Source of the DNA: an uncultured bacterium
Lineage (GTDB): Bacteria > Oederibacteriota > JAAXVQ01 > JAUVAV01
NCBI GenBank assembly: GCA_963710755.1
Contig: CAVQBK010000003.1
Coordinates: forward strand, 1,312,001 to 1,376,000
DNA: 64,000 nt
Reading direction: 5' to 3'
Each line of letters starts with the position of its first letter. Position 1 is the first letter of the stretch. The notes under the pieces are model-generated. The model saw nothing but the letters and a program-made list of their open reading frames with translations. It had not been told where the DNA came from and ran no database searches. The translations under genes were made by a program, and so were the position numbers. Positions 19,006-29,449 of the stretch are shown here, piece after piece.

Positions 19006-20105
19006 CCTTCAAGTTGACTTTTCGTCAAGGCGTGGAAAAAATGGTGCCCTACCAGCCGGGCAAACCGGCTGAGGAAGTGGAGCGAGAACTGGGGATCAAG
19101 CATGCCCTTAAATTGGCCAGTAATGAAAATCCTTATGGGCCATCGCCATTGGTGAAAAAACGGCTTAAAGAGGCCGTGGCCAAGCTGGCCGTTTATCCCG
19201 ACGGCAGTGGATATGGGCTCAGGCAGCGATTGGCACGGAAATTAAAATGCCACCCCCAGGAGATTATTCTGGGTAATGGCTCCAATGAATTACTGGTGTT
19301 GCTGGGCATGGCCATGCTCAACAAAGGCGACCATGTGGTGACCTCGCAAATGAGTTTTGTGGTTTATCCCAAAGTGGCGCAGTTGATGCAAGCCCGGTTG
19401 ACCATGGTACCCATGCGTGCATTTACCTTTGAATTGGACGGGTTACTCAAAGCCATTACACCTAAAACCAAATTAATTTTTATCGCCAACCCCAACAATC
19501 CCACAGGCACAGCCCTGACGCCGAAGGCGCTGGAAACCTTTATTCAAAAAGTACCCAAGCAAGTACTGGTGGTGCTCGATGAAGCTTATCAGGAATATGC
19601 TGACAAATCTTATCAAGGTGCCAGCCTGAAATGGGTCAACCATTACGGTAATGTGGCGGTGCTGCGCACCTTTTCCAAGGCTTATGGCCTGGCGGGCTTG
19701 CGTCTGGGTTATGGCGTGGTGGCGCCGGAAGTTGCTCAGGCTGTAGAGCGGGTTCGGGAACCCTTTAATGTCAACAGCCTGGCCCAAGTAGCCGGCCTGG
19801 CGGCCTTGGAAGATGAAGCCTTCATGCGGCAAACCGTAGCTGTGGCGCGAAAAGAACGGCAACGGGTGGGCAAAGTGCTGAGCTCATGGGGCTTGACCGT
19901 GGTGCCTTCGCAGACCAATTTTCTTTTCGTTGACCTTTCCCAAGGTCCTGTGGCCACATCCTGGACAGGGCAGGCCTTTTTCGAAGCTTTAATGCAGCAA
20001 GGCGTTATTGTCCGGCCTATGCCAGGCCCTTATGTGCGCATTACCCTCGGTAAACCCAAAGAAAACGACCACCTGGTGGCGGCCATGGCTCATCTAATTA
20101 AATAA
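19002..20105 (+). CDS. hisC: Histidinol-phosphate/aromatic aminotransferase
   Basis: YQPGKP, KLASNENP, GNGSNE, NPNNPTG, LDEAY, RTFSKAYGLAGLRLG. Confidence 0.95.
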   Translation: MTFKLTFRQGVEKMVPYQPGKPAEEVERELGIKHALKLASNENPYGPSPLVKKRLKEAVAKLAVYPDGSGYGLRQRLARKLKCHPQEIILGNGSNELLVLLGMAMLNKGDHVVTSQMSFVVYPKVAQLMQARLTMVPMRAFTFELDGLLKAITPKTKLIFIANPNNPTGTALTPKALETFIQKVPKQVLVVLDEAYQEYADKSYQGASLKWVNHYGNVAVLRTFSKAYGLAGLRLGYGVVAPEVAQAVERVREPFNVNSLAQVAGLAALEDEAFMRQTVAVARKERQRVGKVLSSWGLTVVPSQTNFLFVDLSQGPVATSWTGQAFFEALMQQGVIVRPMPGPYVRITLGKPKENDHLVAAMAHLIK

Positions 20106-20263
20106 AAATAATCAATTTAAAAGAATAATATATCAAACCCTCGCCTCGTGAATTTTTTCTGGTTTATCGTGCCTTTCTTGGAAAATGGTGCCAACCTTCT
20201 GTTTCAAAATATTACTTTTTCAAGGAAACAATTTAAAAACAAGCGTTTTTAGCTATCCTCATT

Positions 20264-20292
20264 TTGACTTATGGCTCCGGCAACGGTATCAT
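20264..20292 (+). promoter_or_regulatory. Sigma70 promoter of the giant gene
   Basis: TTGACT-17 bp-TATCAT, followed by GAGGAG and ATG 20332. Confidence 0.65.
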
Positions 20293-20331
20293 TTAACCAG
20301 GCTGAAAGCCATGGCGTTCAAGAGGAGTACC

Positions 20332-23300
20332 ATGACCAAAAAATTTCGGGGCAAGACTTTTTTTTATCATTCCTACCGTAAACTAACTCAAGTGATCAGC
20401 CTGGGCGTGGCGGTTTCCTTTTTATTGCCATTTTTAACTTGGGCCTTTGAAACGCCTAATTATTTTGCATCTCATCCTGGTATGGTGCAGCTTTCCGGCA
20501 AACCTCTGATCATCCCCGCCACCTTGGGCCGCATAACCAAGGTTTCTTCCGGCAGTGCTAAAACCATCATTCATATCGAGGATTTGCACTGCAACTATGA
20601 CGTGCAAATGAACATCGCCAAAATGATTGCCTATCTGGCCAAGACCCATCACCTTAGCTTGGTGGGAGAAGAGGGCGCTTCTTATACGATCAATACAGCC
20701 AAACTCAGCAGCTTCCCCGACTACGAGGCGCGCCGCGATGTGGCGGACTACCTGGTGAGGCAGGGCAAATTGACAGGCGCTGAATATGGTGCCGCCGTAG
20801 GTGACGTGCCCATCCGGCTTGAAGGCATTGAAACCCCGGCTTTGTATAAGGCGGCCCATGAACAAGTGAGCGCTTTTTTCAATCATCAGTCCCAGGGGTA
20901 CTGCTATGACCTGAAGGACATGCTTGATCAATTAAAACCCCTGGTCTATAACCGCGCTTTGAAAGCCTTGGATAAAAAAACCATGGCTTACCGGGAAGGC
21001 AGGCTGGAGCTGGTCAGTTATGCGGACGTGCTCTTGCGGCAGGCCCGGCGCTACCATCTGGAGCCTGCGCATGGGTTGTTATTGCAGGAATTGGTTAACG
21101 GCAAGCAAGGGTTGGATCAGGATCAGGTGGTGAATCAATTAGCCCTGCTGGAGCGCCGTGTACGTGAACAGCTATATACCACGGCACAACAGCAGGAGCT
21201 TGACCAGGCTTATCACCGTTTGGATGTCATTCAGAAATTGCTGAACATTTCCGCCACACCCGAAGAACTGAAGGATTTTCGCGATCATCGTCAAAACTTT
21301 CGCGTGGCCGCGTTCTTGAATTTTATCCAGACTACCGGCGGGTCAACCGCTTCCTCGTTGACACTGGATGCGGATCTTTACCATTTGGACCACTATCTGG
21401 ACCGGGTGGGCCGCTTTTATGACTTGGCTGATCAGCGCAGCGAGGCGTTTGTGGCCAACCTAAATAACAAAATGGATCGCTACCACCAGTCCCTGGCGGT
21501 GATGATTACCGGCGGTTTTCATACGGATAAAGTGTTGACGGAGCTGAGGCGCCGGGGCGTGACTTGCATCTCCGTCAAACCCCGGGTGACCGACCAGGAT
21601 GTGGTCAATCCTTATTTTGCACTGCTGCAAAACCAGCGCCTGCCTTTGGAAAAGCTGTTGGCTCAAAACCAGGACATCCTGGCTTTGCCCACCGAATGCC
21701 CGGATTTAAACGGCGTTGACGGCCATCAGGTGGTAGCGCAGCAATCCCTTAGCAACCGGGTGAGGGTGGCGGAACGGTTCAAAGAGTTGTTGCTCAAGGC
21801 CCGGTTACTGGCCCGGCTGATAAAAAAGAACTCCACGCACTGGCAAGAGATACCCGCAACCATGGCGGCTGAATTGAAGGATTACCTTGCCAATGGCACG
21901 CTGACTCTGGCTGCCCGGCAATTTTTAGAGGATAATGTCCATTTGAACAATGCCGGCAAGCCGTCGCTGGCGGTTCTGCCATTCCAAGATGGTGATCGGT
22001 CCATTAGCAGTATGGCCATTCTCGACCCCGAATTGATGGCCGGCCGAACCCAACATGAACTGCAACGCCTGCGGCTGGGGCAGACGAACTATCTGTTTTA
22101 CAGTGATGCCAACCGGACCCTGGAAGCTTTAAACGCCCTGCTTAAACAACAATCGCAGCGTCCTCTATATTTTCTCCTTCCGCCGGGCGTGCATCTGAAA
22201 GACTTTTTCGGATGGCCCGGGGTGCTGGTGGATTTAATGATTAGGGTTATCCGCTGGTTTGATGAAGATAAACCCCGGCAACCGGTGCTGGACCGTATCA
22301 AACCATGGTTGCATAGCCTGCCTAAAATGGAGTTGACTTGGATGGCTGCGGCGGGATCACCCTGGCTGATGCCGGTAGTTTTGATGACGGCATCAAATGG
22401 TGAAAAAGGGGAGACCAAAGGAACTGGCCAAAGTACGCAGGCGCAGGATAAAGAAGACCTGATTGAAACCCTGACACGCACCATCAGGCTTTATCCCAAA
22501 GAGCTGATACACTCGCGCGACCTTAAGCTGGATTCATGGGACAGTAAGAATTATCATTTCGAAGAAATGGATTCCAATACAGGATGGGGTCATTGGGTTT
22601 CTAACCATTTTCCGGATTTGGTATTGGGGACGTGGGAGGACGTTGAGAAGAAATATAGTTATACCCACCAAAAAATGATCAGACATGTTGTCGAACGTTT
22701 TCGGAACAGGAACGGTTCCGTGGTTAGCTTTTATTATTTTGACGACCACGCCTATTCCGTGCCCTATGCAATGGAAGCTGTGGTGCGGGGGGAGGTTCCC
22801 GAAAAAGGGAATACCCAGTTGTTTTTGGACGAGCATTATGATTTTGCCGATGTGCCTGCGATGACCCGGCATTTTAAAGTGCCCCAAAATCTGGCGGAAT
22901 GGTTATCCAATATCAACCAGTATATCTACATGAATAATCTGAATTGGATTTTTAGCGCGGCCGGTTTTTTGAAAAAACATATTTGGCTTTATGATACCTC
23001 ATCCAGGAATGAGCCATTCCGCCAATCCCAAGAAACCGTTAAAGAAGAGGAAAAAGCGGTGCGGGACAACAGGCTGAAATATGTTAAGAGCGGCTTTGAA
23101 CATTACTTTCACTATGCCCGCCGGCCGCGGCAGCAGAAAATAATAGTCAACATCGACACTGATGTCATAGGCGATATGCTCGGGGTGGGAGATGTTCATT
23201 ATCCCGCAAGAACCCGACCCTATGCCGCCTTAAGATACCTCTCTGACTTCCTTCGGCAGCTAACCTTGCAAGACAAAAATACCGTTGGAACATTTCATGC

Positions 23301-26300
23301 CAGCACCACCTTTGACCAAATAACTTATGGTGACGTTGAAATTGTCCGTTTCCTGGCGCGGGTGGCGCCGGTGTTGCTGCTTCTTCCCAAACAGGAAAAT
23401 GAACAAGCCTTGACGGAGGCTGTACACAAAGTTGCCGAAGAACATGCGCCGCATGTGCAAGTGAATTTGGAGCGAGGTGTTTTGACGGAGTCAAAACAAG
23501 AGCCCATGCTTTTCAATATTATTCATAGCCTTTTGGCCGCCCTGGGCAGCGCCGGCTTGGTTTTGATACCCCTGCTGATGGGCGCCCCACATTGGTTGGG
23601 ACTCGCAAGCTGGAGTATGGCGTTGGTCTTTGCTTTGCACGGCTTAACGGGACACCTGATTATGGGCGCCTCCATGGAAAAGATTAATACCGCATGGCGG
23701 AATCGGATTCAGCGCTATTTTGGCCCCGACGTAAAAATTGAATACCTGAATACAGCGGCCTTGCATGCCAAAACAGAGGAATTTTTAACCGCATCAGCAG
23801 CTGCGTCCGACAAGCCTGCGGTTTTAAGTTGGTGGCAGTGGGGGCTGATTCCCTGGACCAGTGCGGTCACTGATGTTGCCAGCCGCACGGTTTATTTGCA
23901 TCAAGGCTGGGTGTCCGATGAGCTTGGCCTGGGCTTAAAACTCCTACGCTTGATCATGTTGCCGCTCACCTTGGTTCACGAAGCATCGGCTCTATGGCTG
24001 AACGATCACTTGGCGGTCAAAGCCATGCCCGGTTGGGTACAAACCGTAGGGCGTTATATGCTGCGGCCCCTGCAGATGGCCACCCTTTATCCCTACTGGA
24101 AACTTTTAATAGTGAAGAAAAGAGGGTTAGAAACCGCTTCATCAGCGATAGATGATAAGGATTTACAAACGAACAAACAGGATATTAATGCCAAGATCAA
24201 AGCACAATTGGACGCGATGTATGCAGCACACACCAATTGGACCTTGGACCTTAAGCATTGGCAAATGCGGGAAGTTGCAACAGGTCCTGACCAAACCATT
24301 ACGATCCATTACATGACCATTCCCAATCCTTTACGTCCCAAGGATAGACAATATGACATCACCCTTGAGGCATTGACTGAAGAAGGGGATTTTCCTAATG
24401 CATGCAAAATCACAACCAAAGATCCTTTTACCAACCAAATACTGGAGGCCACTTTTCAATTAACGCGGCGGGCCGGTCAAAAAAAGATTTCCATATCGCA
24501 TCTTTCCAGGCCTCTCCAATCAGGGGTTGGTACAGGGGTAATGTTCTTTTTATCCCAGGCTATTGGCAAGGAACAGGAACCGGGTTGGACCTTTCAGGTT
24601 GATCAGATGATGTTCAAACCCATTCTTACCCTGATGCGGACCTTTTTTAAGCAAATCAAAATCCACGGGGCCTCCGTGGCCAATCGTGATTTTGAGACCT
24701 ATTTAGAAAGTGAATTTTATAATAAAGCTCTTAGTGGAAGCCCCAAGTCCCCCGATGAAATTGTTAGGGATCAATTGGCTGACTTGGATACCATTGAGGG
24801 TGCTGTATTGGAGCGCTTGGGCTGGAAAGAAAAGACCGCAGAAAAACGACAGTTGGCCGATCAGTTTGCAGGAATTATGCAGTATAAAAATGAAAGTGAT
24901 GCCATGGGACGCAAGAATTTTCGGAATATTGCCCTGGCAAGGGTCCTGGCCTATTTTAAGATGTATTATGCCGACCATCCTGAGGAAAAACAGGAATATG
25001 TTCATGAATGGGTGAAATTGTTGAATGAACAGTTCAAAGACTTGCCCCGGTTGGTTTATTACGACCTTATCGGGAAGTTGGCTGAAGCAGCAGTTGGCAA
25101 AGCCAAAAATGGTAACCCCTTTGTGGATCTAAACGACTTGGATTTCCGGATATGGTCTAGCCGGACCCGGGCCTTTAGGCAAAAGCTTTTGAGTTCCACA
25201 GTGATAATTCTCATCGTGATTAGCTTGGTCGGCCTGGCGGCTTATAGCCTTGAGCCTGTCTTGAAAGAGCACATGATTGTTCAAGAAATTTTACATCATC
25301 TAGTTGAATGGGGCAGCCTACTGTCAACGGCTCTGGCCGGGACGATCAAAGAAACTTCGACGACTAACAATCATCCCGGTGCGATGGGCAGGTTTGCGGT
25401 AAGAAGCATCACGATTCTTAAACCACAAGGCACCACCATCAGCTCGGAAGAGTTGGCCGCGCTATTAGGCGAAGAAGCGCCTGCCACCAAGGAAGGAAAA
25501 GTTGTTTCTTTGCCTGAGATTGCCGTTACAGGACATATGATTAACCGCCAAGGCCGGGCAGAACCACAACAAGAGATCAAGTGCCGTGTGGCTTTACGCG
25601 CCATACTGTCGGCTGAAAAAGAAAAGGTAGCGGCGATTGTAGAAAAACTCAAACTGATCGTTGAACACAAGCGGGAATGGTTTGGAGATGACAAAGAAGT
25701 TTTAAAGGCCATGATCAGCCAAGCTGAAACCTTGCTGGAAAACAAGCAAACCAACCCCGATCTCTCCTCTGGGCTGCAGGGGTTTTATACTATGGATAAG
25801 GTGACAGTGGTCAAAGGACCGAAGAATGCAGTTTTTGCCGGTCTGGGCTTGGAGCATGCCATACTTTTAGATAAATGGTTGTTTGATAATCCGGACGTGC
25901 TGGAAGCAGCTTTACTGCACGAGTTGGGTGAATCCTTGCAAGATCCCAGAGTAGGCCACGTGTTCTTGCGCGGCTTGGGTAAAAAAGCGCGCCTAGCCAA
26001 GACAGGTGAGCTTTCTTCGGAAAACATCGGCTTTGTGGGCCGCATTCTAGGGAATAACCGCCAGGAGCAGTTAACGCAATGGCTGGCCCGTAGCCGCCCA
26101 GCACCACCAGGCAAACAAACTGCCTACGGTAACATTCTAACCGGGGATGAAAAGGATGCGCTTGCGGCCCTATATCCCCAAAAAGGGGAAAGTAAAAAGC
26201 GGAAAACAAAAGATACTAAAAAAGCTAGTGAACCCTCAACGAAAGATAATGAATCAAAAAATCGCAAAACACCTTCACAGACAAAGGGTAACAAAGACCA

Positions 26301-27270
26301 TAAGGCTGATTTTCAGGCCCTGAGCCAAAAAGCTTCGTTGTTGACTCAGGTCGATCTTACGGATCAAAGCCTTGGCAGCGTAGAATCCAACCACTCCATC
26401 AGGCTGCGCCAACCCTGGTTGCTTCGGTATTTACCGGGGTTGCGGTTGTTGCTGTTGAGTTGGTCAGCCTTGACCATCAAGGCCATTGGTCGTTCCGCCG
26501 GTATTACGACAGGGCAGAGCACGGACTTGGCGCAGGTATTGGCTCCGCGATTGCTGCAGCAATGGCCCCAGGATCATTTCAGTACCATGGACCTGCTCCG
26601 TCATGGCCAGCAGCACAAGCTCATTGAGATCAGGCGTCTGCCTGAAGAAATTAAGTGGTGGACTTATCTGAACCTGTTGCGCCAGGGCCAATGCTGGCAA
26701 AACCTGAGTCAGCAAGATTCAAAAAATCAGGCTACTTATGCCTTGGTCCTCCCGGACCAGTTATGCCGCCAACTGGCTCAGGACGTGGCTCAAGGGCAGA
26801 CAGAAGGGAAAGCATTCGAGCTTTTTGATCAGATCGCGGCCTTTGCGGGGCAGCGCTATTACCACACCCTTTACCACCAACGCCATCAAGCCCAAAAGGT
26901 TTATGCGTTCATGAAAAACGATAAGGTCATTCAAACCCTCCTGGACGGAGAGGATCAGGATATGGCGGATCAGGCTTTGGAACTCATGGCCCGGGGACAA
27001 ACGCGAGGTGCCTATCAATTGGCCCGCTGGTGCTTGCGATATCTTGGTGGAAATGAGACCTGGGATAAGCCCCTAATCCAATTATTAAAAAAGCTTCCTG
27101 CCCGGGAGAGCATGCCGATGTCCTTACCCGGCCATCCTGACCATATCATCCAGGTGCCCCTGTTACGCAATCGCCAAGGGAGACCTTACGTCTACCCGGG
27201 GTTGGAAGACCAGCCGGTTTTCCAAAATCACCGTCAACGGCGGCCGCCCCAGCTGCTGAACGCAGCCTGA
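20332..27270 (+). CDS. Giant (~2,312 aa) modular exported/membrane protein of unknown function
   Basis: Uninterrupted ORF with promoter and RBS; signal-peptide-like N-terminus (..SFLLPFLTWA/FE); internal TM segments and enzyme-like motifs. Confidence 0.85.
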   Translation: MTKKFRGKTFFYHSYRKLTQVISLGVAVSFLLPFLTWAFETPNYFASHPGMVQLSGKPLIIPATLGRITKVSSGSAKTIIHIEDLHCNYDVQMNIAKMIAYLAKTHHLSLVGEEGASYTINTAKLSSFPDYEARRDVADYLVRQGKLTGAEYGAAVGDVPIRLEGIETPALYKAAHEQVSAFFNHQSQGYCYDLKDMLDQLKPLVYNRALKALDKKTMAYREGRLELVSYADVLLRQARRYHLEPAHGLLLQELVNGKQGLDQDQVVNQLALLERRVREQLYTTAQQQELDQAYHRLDVIQKLLNISATPEELKDFRDHRQNFRVAAFLNFIQTTGGSTASSLTLDADLYHLDHYLDRVGRFYDLADQRSEAFVANLNNKMDRYHQSLAVMITGGFHTDKVLTELRRRGVTCISVKPRVTDQDVVNPYFALLQNQRLPLEKLLAQNQDILALPTECPDLNGVDGHQVVAQQSLSNRVRVAERFKELLLKARLLARLIKKNSTHWQEIPATMAAELKDYLANGTLTLAARQFLEDNVHLNNAGKPSLAVLPFQDGDRSISSMAILDPELMAGRTQHELQRLRLGQTNYLFYSDANRTLEALNALLKQQSQRPLYFLLPPGVHLKDFFGWPGVLVDLMIRVIRWFDEDKPRQPVLDRIKPWLHSLPKMELTWMAAAGSPWLMPVVLMTASNGEKGETKGTGQSTQAQDKEDLIETLTRTIRLYPKELIHSRDLKLDSWDSKNYHFEEMDSNTGWGHWVSNHFPDLVLGTWEDVEKKYSYTHQKMIRHVVERFRNRNGSVVSFYYFDDHAYSVPYAMEAVVRGEVPEKGNTQLFLDEHYDFADVPAMTRHFKVPQNLAEWLSNINQYIYMNNLNWIFSAAGFLKKHIWLYDTSSRNEPFRQSQETVKEEEKAVRDNRLKYVKSGFEHYFHYARRPRQQKIIVNIDTDVIGDMLGVGDVHYPARTRPYAALRYLSDFLRQLTLQDKNTVGTFHASTTFDQITYGDVEIVRFLARVAPVLLLLPKQENEQALTEAVHKVAEEHAPHVQVNLERGVLTESKQEPMLFNIIHSLLAALGSAGLVLIPLLMGAPHWLGLASWSMALVFALHGLTGHLIMGASMEKINTAWRNRIQRYFGPDVKIEYLNTAALHAKTEEFLTASAAASDKPAVLSWWQWGLIPWTSAVTDVASRTVYLHQGWVSDELGLGLKLLRLIMLPLTLVHEASALWLNDHLAVKAMPGWVQTVGRYMLRPLQMATLYPYWKLLIVKKRGLETASSAIDDKDLQTNKQDINAKIKAQLDAMYAAHTNWTLDLKHWQMREVATGPDQTITIHYMTIPNPLRPKDRQYDITLEALTEEGDFPNACKITTKDPFTNQILEATFQLTRRAGQKKISISHLSRPLQSGVGTGVMFFLSQAIGKEQEPGWTFQVDQMMFKPILTLMRTFFKQIKIHGASVANRDFETYLESEFYNKALSGSPKSPDEIVRDQLADLDTIEGAVLERLGWKEKTAEKRQLADQFAGIMQYKNESDAMGRKNFRNIALARVLAYFKMYYADHPEEKQEYVHEWVKLLNEQFKDLPRLVYYDLIGKLAEAAVGKAKNGNPFVDLNDLDFRIWSSRTRAFRQKLLSSTVIILIVISLVGLAAYSLEPVLKEHMIVQEILHHLVEWGSLLSTALAGTIKETSTTNNHPGAMGRFAVRSITILKPQGTTISSEELAALLGEEAPATKEGKVVSLPEIAVTGHMINRQGRAEPQQEIKCRVALRAILSAEKEKVAAIVEKLKLIVEHKREWFGDDKEVLKAMISQAETLLENKQTNPDLSSGLQGFYTMDKVTVVKGPKNAVFAGLGLEHAILLDKWLFDNPDVLEAALLHELGESLQDPRVGHVFLRGLGKKARLAKTGELSSENIGFVGRILGNNRQEQLTQWLARSRPAPPGKQTAYGNILTGDEKDALAALYPQKGESKKRKTKDTKKASEPSTKDNESKNRKTPSQTKGNKDHKADFQALSQKASLLTQVDLTDQSLGSVESNHSIRLRQPWLLRYLPGLRLLLLSWSALTIKAIGRSAGITTGQSTDLAQVLAPRLLQQWPQDHFSTMDLLRHGQQHKLIEIRRLPEEIKWWTYLNLLRQGQCWQNLSQQDSKNQATYALVLPDQLCRQLAQDVAQGQTEGKAFELFDQIAAFAGQRYYHTLYHQRHQAQKVYAFMKNDKVIQTLLDGEDQDMADQALELMARGQTRGAYQLARWCLRYLGGNETWDKPLIQLLKKLPARESMPMSLPGHPDHIIQVPLLRNRQGRPYVYPGLEDQPVFQNHRQRRPPQLLNAA

Positions 27271-27291
27271 TGGGGACAGCCCATATGTCGG

Positions 27292-27321
27292 TTGACGAAT
27301 AGCGCTGAATTCCTTTATACT
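27292..27321 (+). promoter_or_regulatory. Candidate sigma70 promoter for aroF
   Basis: TTGACG-18 bp-TATACT. Confidence 0.45.
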
Positions 27322-27401
27322 GCCCCAAGAAATATCATATGTAATGTTTTTTTACGGGGCTCTATTTTTTGCAGGTGTCTGCATTTCAGGAGGAACCTTT
27401 C

Positions 27402-28415
27402 ATGATCATTGTCATGCGTCAGGATGCCACCGAAGCCCAAGTGGCCCATGTGGTGGAGCGCTTAAAAGAAAAAGGCCTGACCCCTCATTTATCCAAAGGC
27501 ACGGAGCGTACCATTATCGGTGCCATTGGGGATGACCGGGTGCTGCAGGAAATGCCCCTTGATGCTTTCCCGGGTGTGGAACAGCATGTGCCCATTCTTC
27601 AGCCCTTTAAATTAGTCTCCAAAGAATTTAAAAAAGAACCGACGGTGGTAAAGGTGGGTGCGGTCACCATCGGGGCGGGGAATTTGGGTATGATTGCCGG
27701 GCCTTGTTCAGTGGAAAACTGGGACACTTTGCTCGAAACCGCCCAGGCCGTCAAGGCCAGCGGGGCCAATTTGCTGCGCGGTGGTGCTTTTAAACCCCGC
27801 ACCAGCCCCTATGCTTTTCAGGGTCTGGGGGAACAAGGCTTGAAATTGTTGGCTCAGGCCCGGGAAGTTACCGGCTTGCCGATTGTTACCGAGGCCATGA
27901 GTGTCAGCCACGTTCCCATGGTGGCGGACTATGCCGACATGATCCAAATCGGGGCCCGCAACATGCAAAACTTTGATCTTTTAAAAGCCGTGGGTGATGC
28001 CAAAAAGCCGGTACTGCTTAAACGGGGGCTGTCGGCTACCATCAAGGAATGGCTCATGTCCGCGGAATACATCCTGTCACGGGGCAACTATGATGTGGTG
28101 CTCTGTGAGCGGGGGATACGCACTTTTGAAACCTATACGCGCAACACCCTGGATTTGGCGGCGGTAGCGGCAGCCAAGGAATTATCCCATCTGCCGGTGA
28201 TTGTCGATCCATCCCATGGCACGGGCAAGCGCAGTCTGATCGCGCCCATGGCCTTGGCGGCTTTGGCTTGCGGGGCTGACGGCCTGACCATAGAGGTTCA
28301 TCCCCGGCCGGATGAAGCCTTGTCAGATGGAGATCAATCCTTGCTGCCCAAGGAATATTCAAGCCTAGTGGAGGCTTTGCGGCCTATGGCTCAGATGTGT
28401 CACTGCAGCTGGTAG
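27402..28415 (+). CDS. aroF: DAHP synthase type I-beta with N-terminal regulatory domain
   Basis: [45 protein letters not shown]; AGGAGG RBS. Confidence 0.96.
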   Translation: MIIVMRQDATEAQVAHVVERLKEKGLTPHLSKGTERTIIGAIGDDRVLQEMPLDAFPGVEQHVPILQPFKLVSKEFKKEPTVVKVGAVTIGAGNLGMIAGPCSVENWDTLLETAQAVKASGANLLRGGAFKPRTSPYAFQGLGEQGLKLLAQAREVTGLPIVTEAMSVSHVPMVADYADMIQIGARNMQNFDLLKAVGDAKKPVLLKRGLSATIKEWLMSAEYILSRGNYDVVLCERGIRTFETYTRNTLDLAAVAAAKELSHLPVIVDPSHGTGKRSLIAPMALAALACGADGLTIEVHPRPDEALSDGDQSLLPKEYSSLVEALRPMAQMCHCSW

Positions 28416-28555
28416 CTCGTTCCTGTTGCGGATTGGCGTTAGGCCTGCTCTTGGGTAGAGGACGGTTGGCGTAGGCTACAGGCATCCCGGCATACGCGGG
28501 CCAAGTTGCCTGTACCCACAAACTGTAGGACATCACATTTGACTAAAGGATCAAA

Positions 28556-29446
28556 TTGAAAAAACTATTGTTTAAAAAAGTTGTCATTGTTGGCTTGGGG
28601 CTGATGGGCGGCTCGCTCGCCCTGGCCATTAAGAAACATAAAATTGCCCGCACCGTGGTCGGTCTGGTGCGCCGGGAAAAATCCATTAAAGAGGCTTTGG
28701 CCCTAGGCGCTGTGGATATGGCCACTTTGGATGCCAATCACGCTGTCTCCGGCGCGGAGCTGGTGGTCTTTGCAGGTCCTGTATCCACCACGCCGCTTCT
28801 CTTTGAAGCCCTGCTGCCCTATCTGCCGAAGCGCTGTCTGCTCACTGATGTGGGCAGCACCAAACAAACCCTGACCAAGACCATGCACCGACTGATCCAT
28901 CGTGCCAACAACCAGGGCCGTCAGCTTACTTTTATTGGTGCTCATCCCATGGCCGGATCGGAGAAAGCCGGTGTGATGGCTGCCCGCTCGGATCTATATG
29001 ATCAGTCCGTATGTTTACTCATCGACGACAATCTTGACAATCACAAGGCCATAAACCGCATGCGAACTTTCTGGAAAAGGGTGGGCTGCACGGCGGTGAT
29101 CACGCTGTCCGCCAAGGATCATGACCGGCTGACGGCTTTAGCTTCTCATTTACCTCATGCCTTGGCCGCCAGCCTGGTCCTGCTGGTCCAGGAACAATCG
29201 GGACAGGACCAGCGCTTGCAAGCCGTACTCAGTTCCGGTTTTCGCGATACCACCCGCATTGCCGGCGGGCTGGCCTCCATGTGGACCGATATTTTTATGA
29301 GCAATCGCAGGGAAGTGATCCGGGCGCTGGGTCGATTGGAAGCAATGCTGGGACGGTTTAAAAGCCTGCTGCAAAAGGAAGATGAAATCGCCTTGCACCG
29401 TTTCCTGGAAGCGGCACAAGTGTTCCGGCAAAAGGTGGATAAATAA
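28556..29446 (+). CDS. tyrA: Prephenate/arogenate dehydrogenase
   Basis: GLGLMGGS, TDVGSTK, HPMAGSE, SHLPH, GFRDTTRIA. Confidence 0.94.
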   Translation: MKKLLFKKVVIVGLGLMGGSLALAIKKHKIARTVVGLVRREKSIKEALALGAVDMATLDANHAVSGAELVVFAGPVSTTPLLFEALLPYLPKRCLLTDVGSTKQTLTKTMHRLIHRANNQGRQLTFIGAHPMAGSEKAGVMAARSDLYDQSVCLLIDDNLDNHKAINRMRTFWKRVGCTAVITLSAKDHDRLTALASHLPHALAASLVLLVQEQSGQDQRLQAVLSSGFRDTTRIAGGLASMWTDIFMSNRREVIRALGRLEAMLGRFKSLLQKEDEIALHRFLEAAQVFRQKVDK

Positions 29447-29449
29447 CCA

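Noticed and set aside
20185-20331. 5' extension of the giant ORF in the track
   Set aside because: Contains a good sigma70 promoter and the RBS for ATG 20332, so it is probably non-coding.
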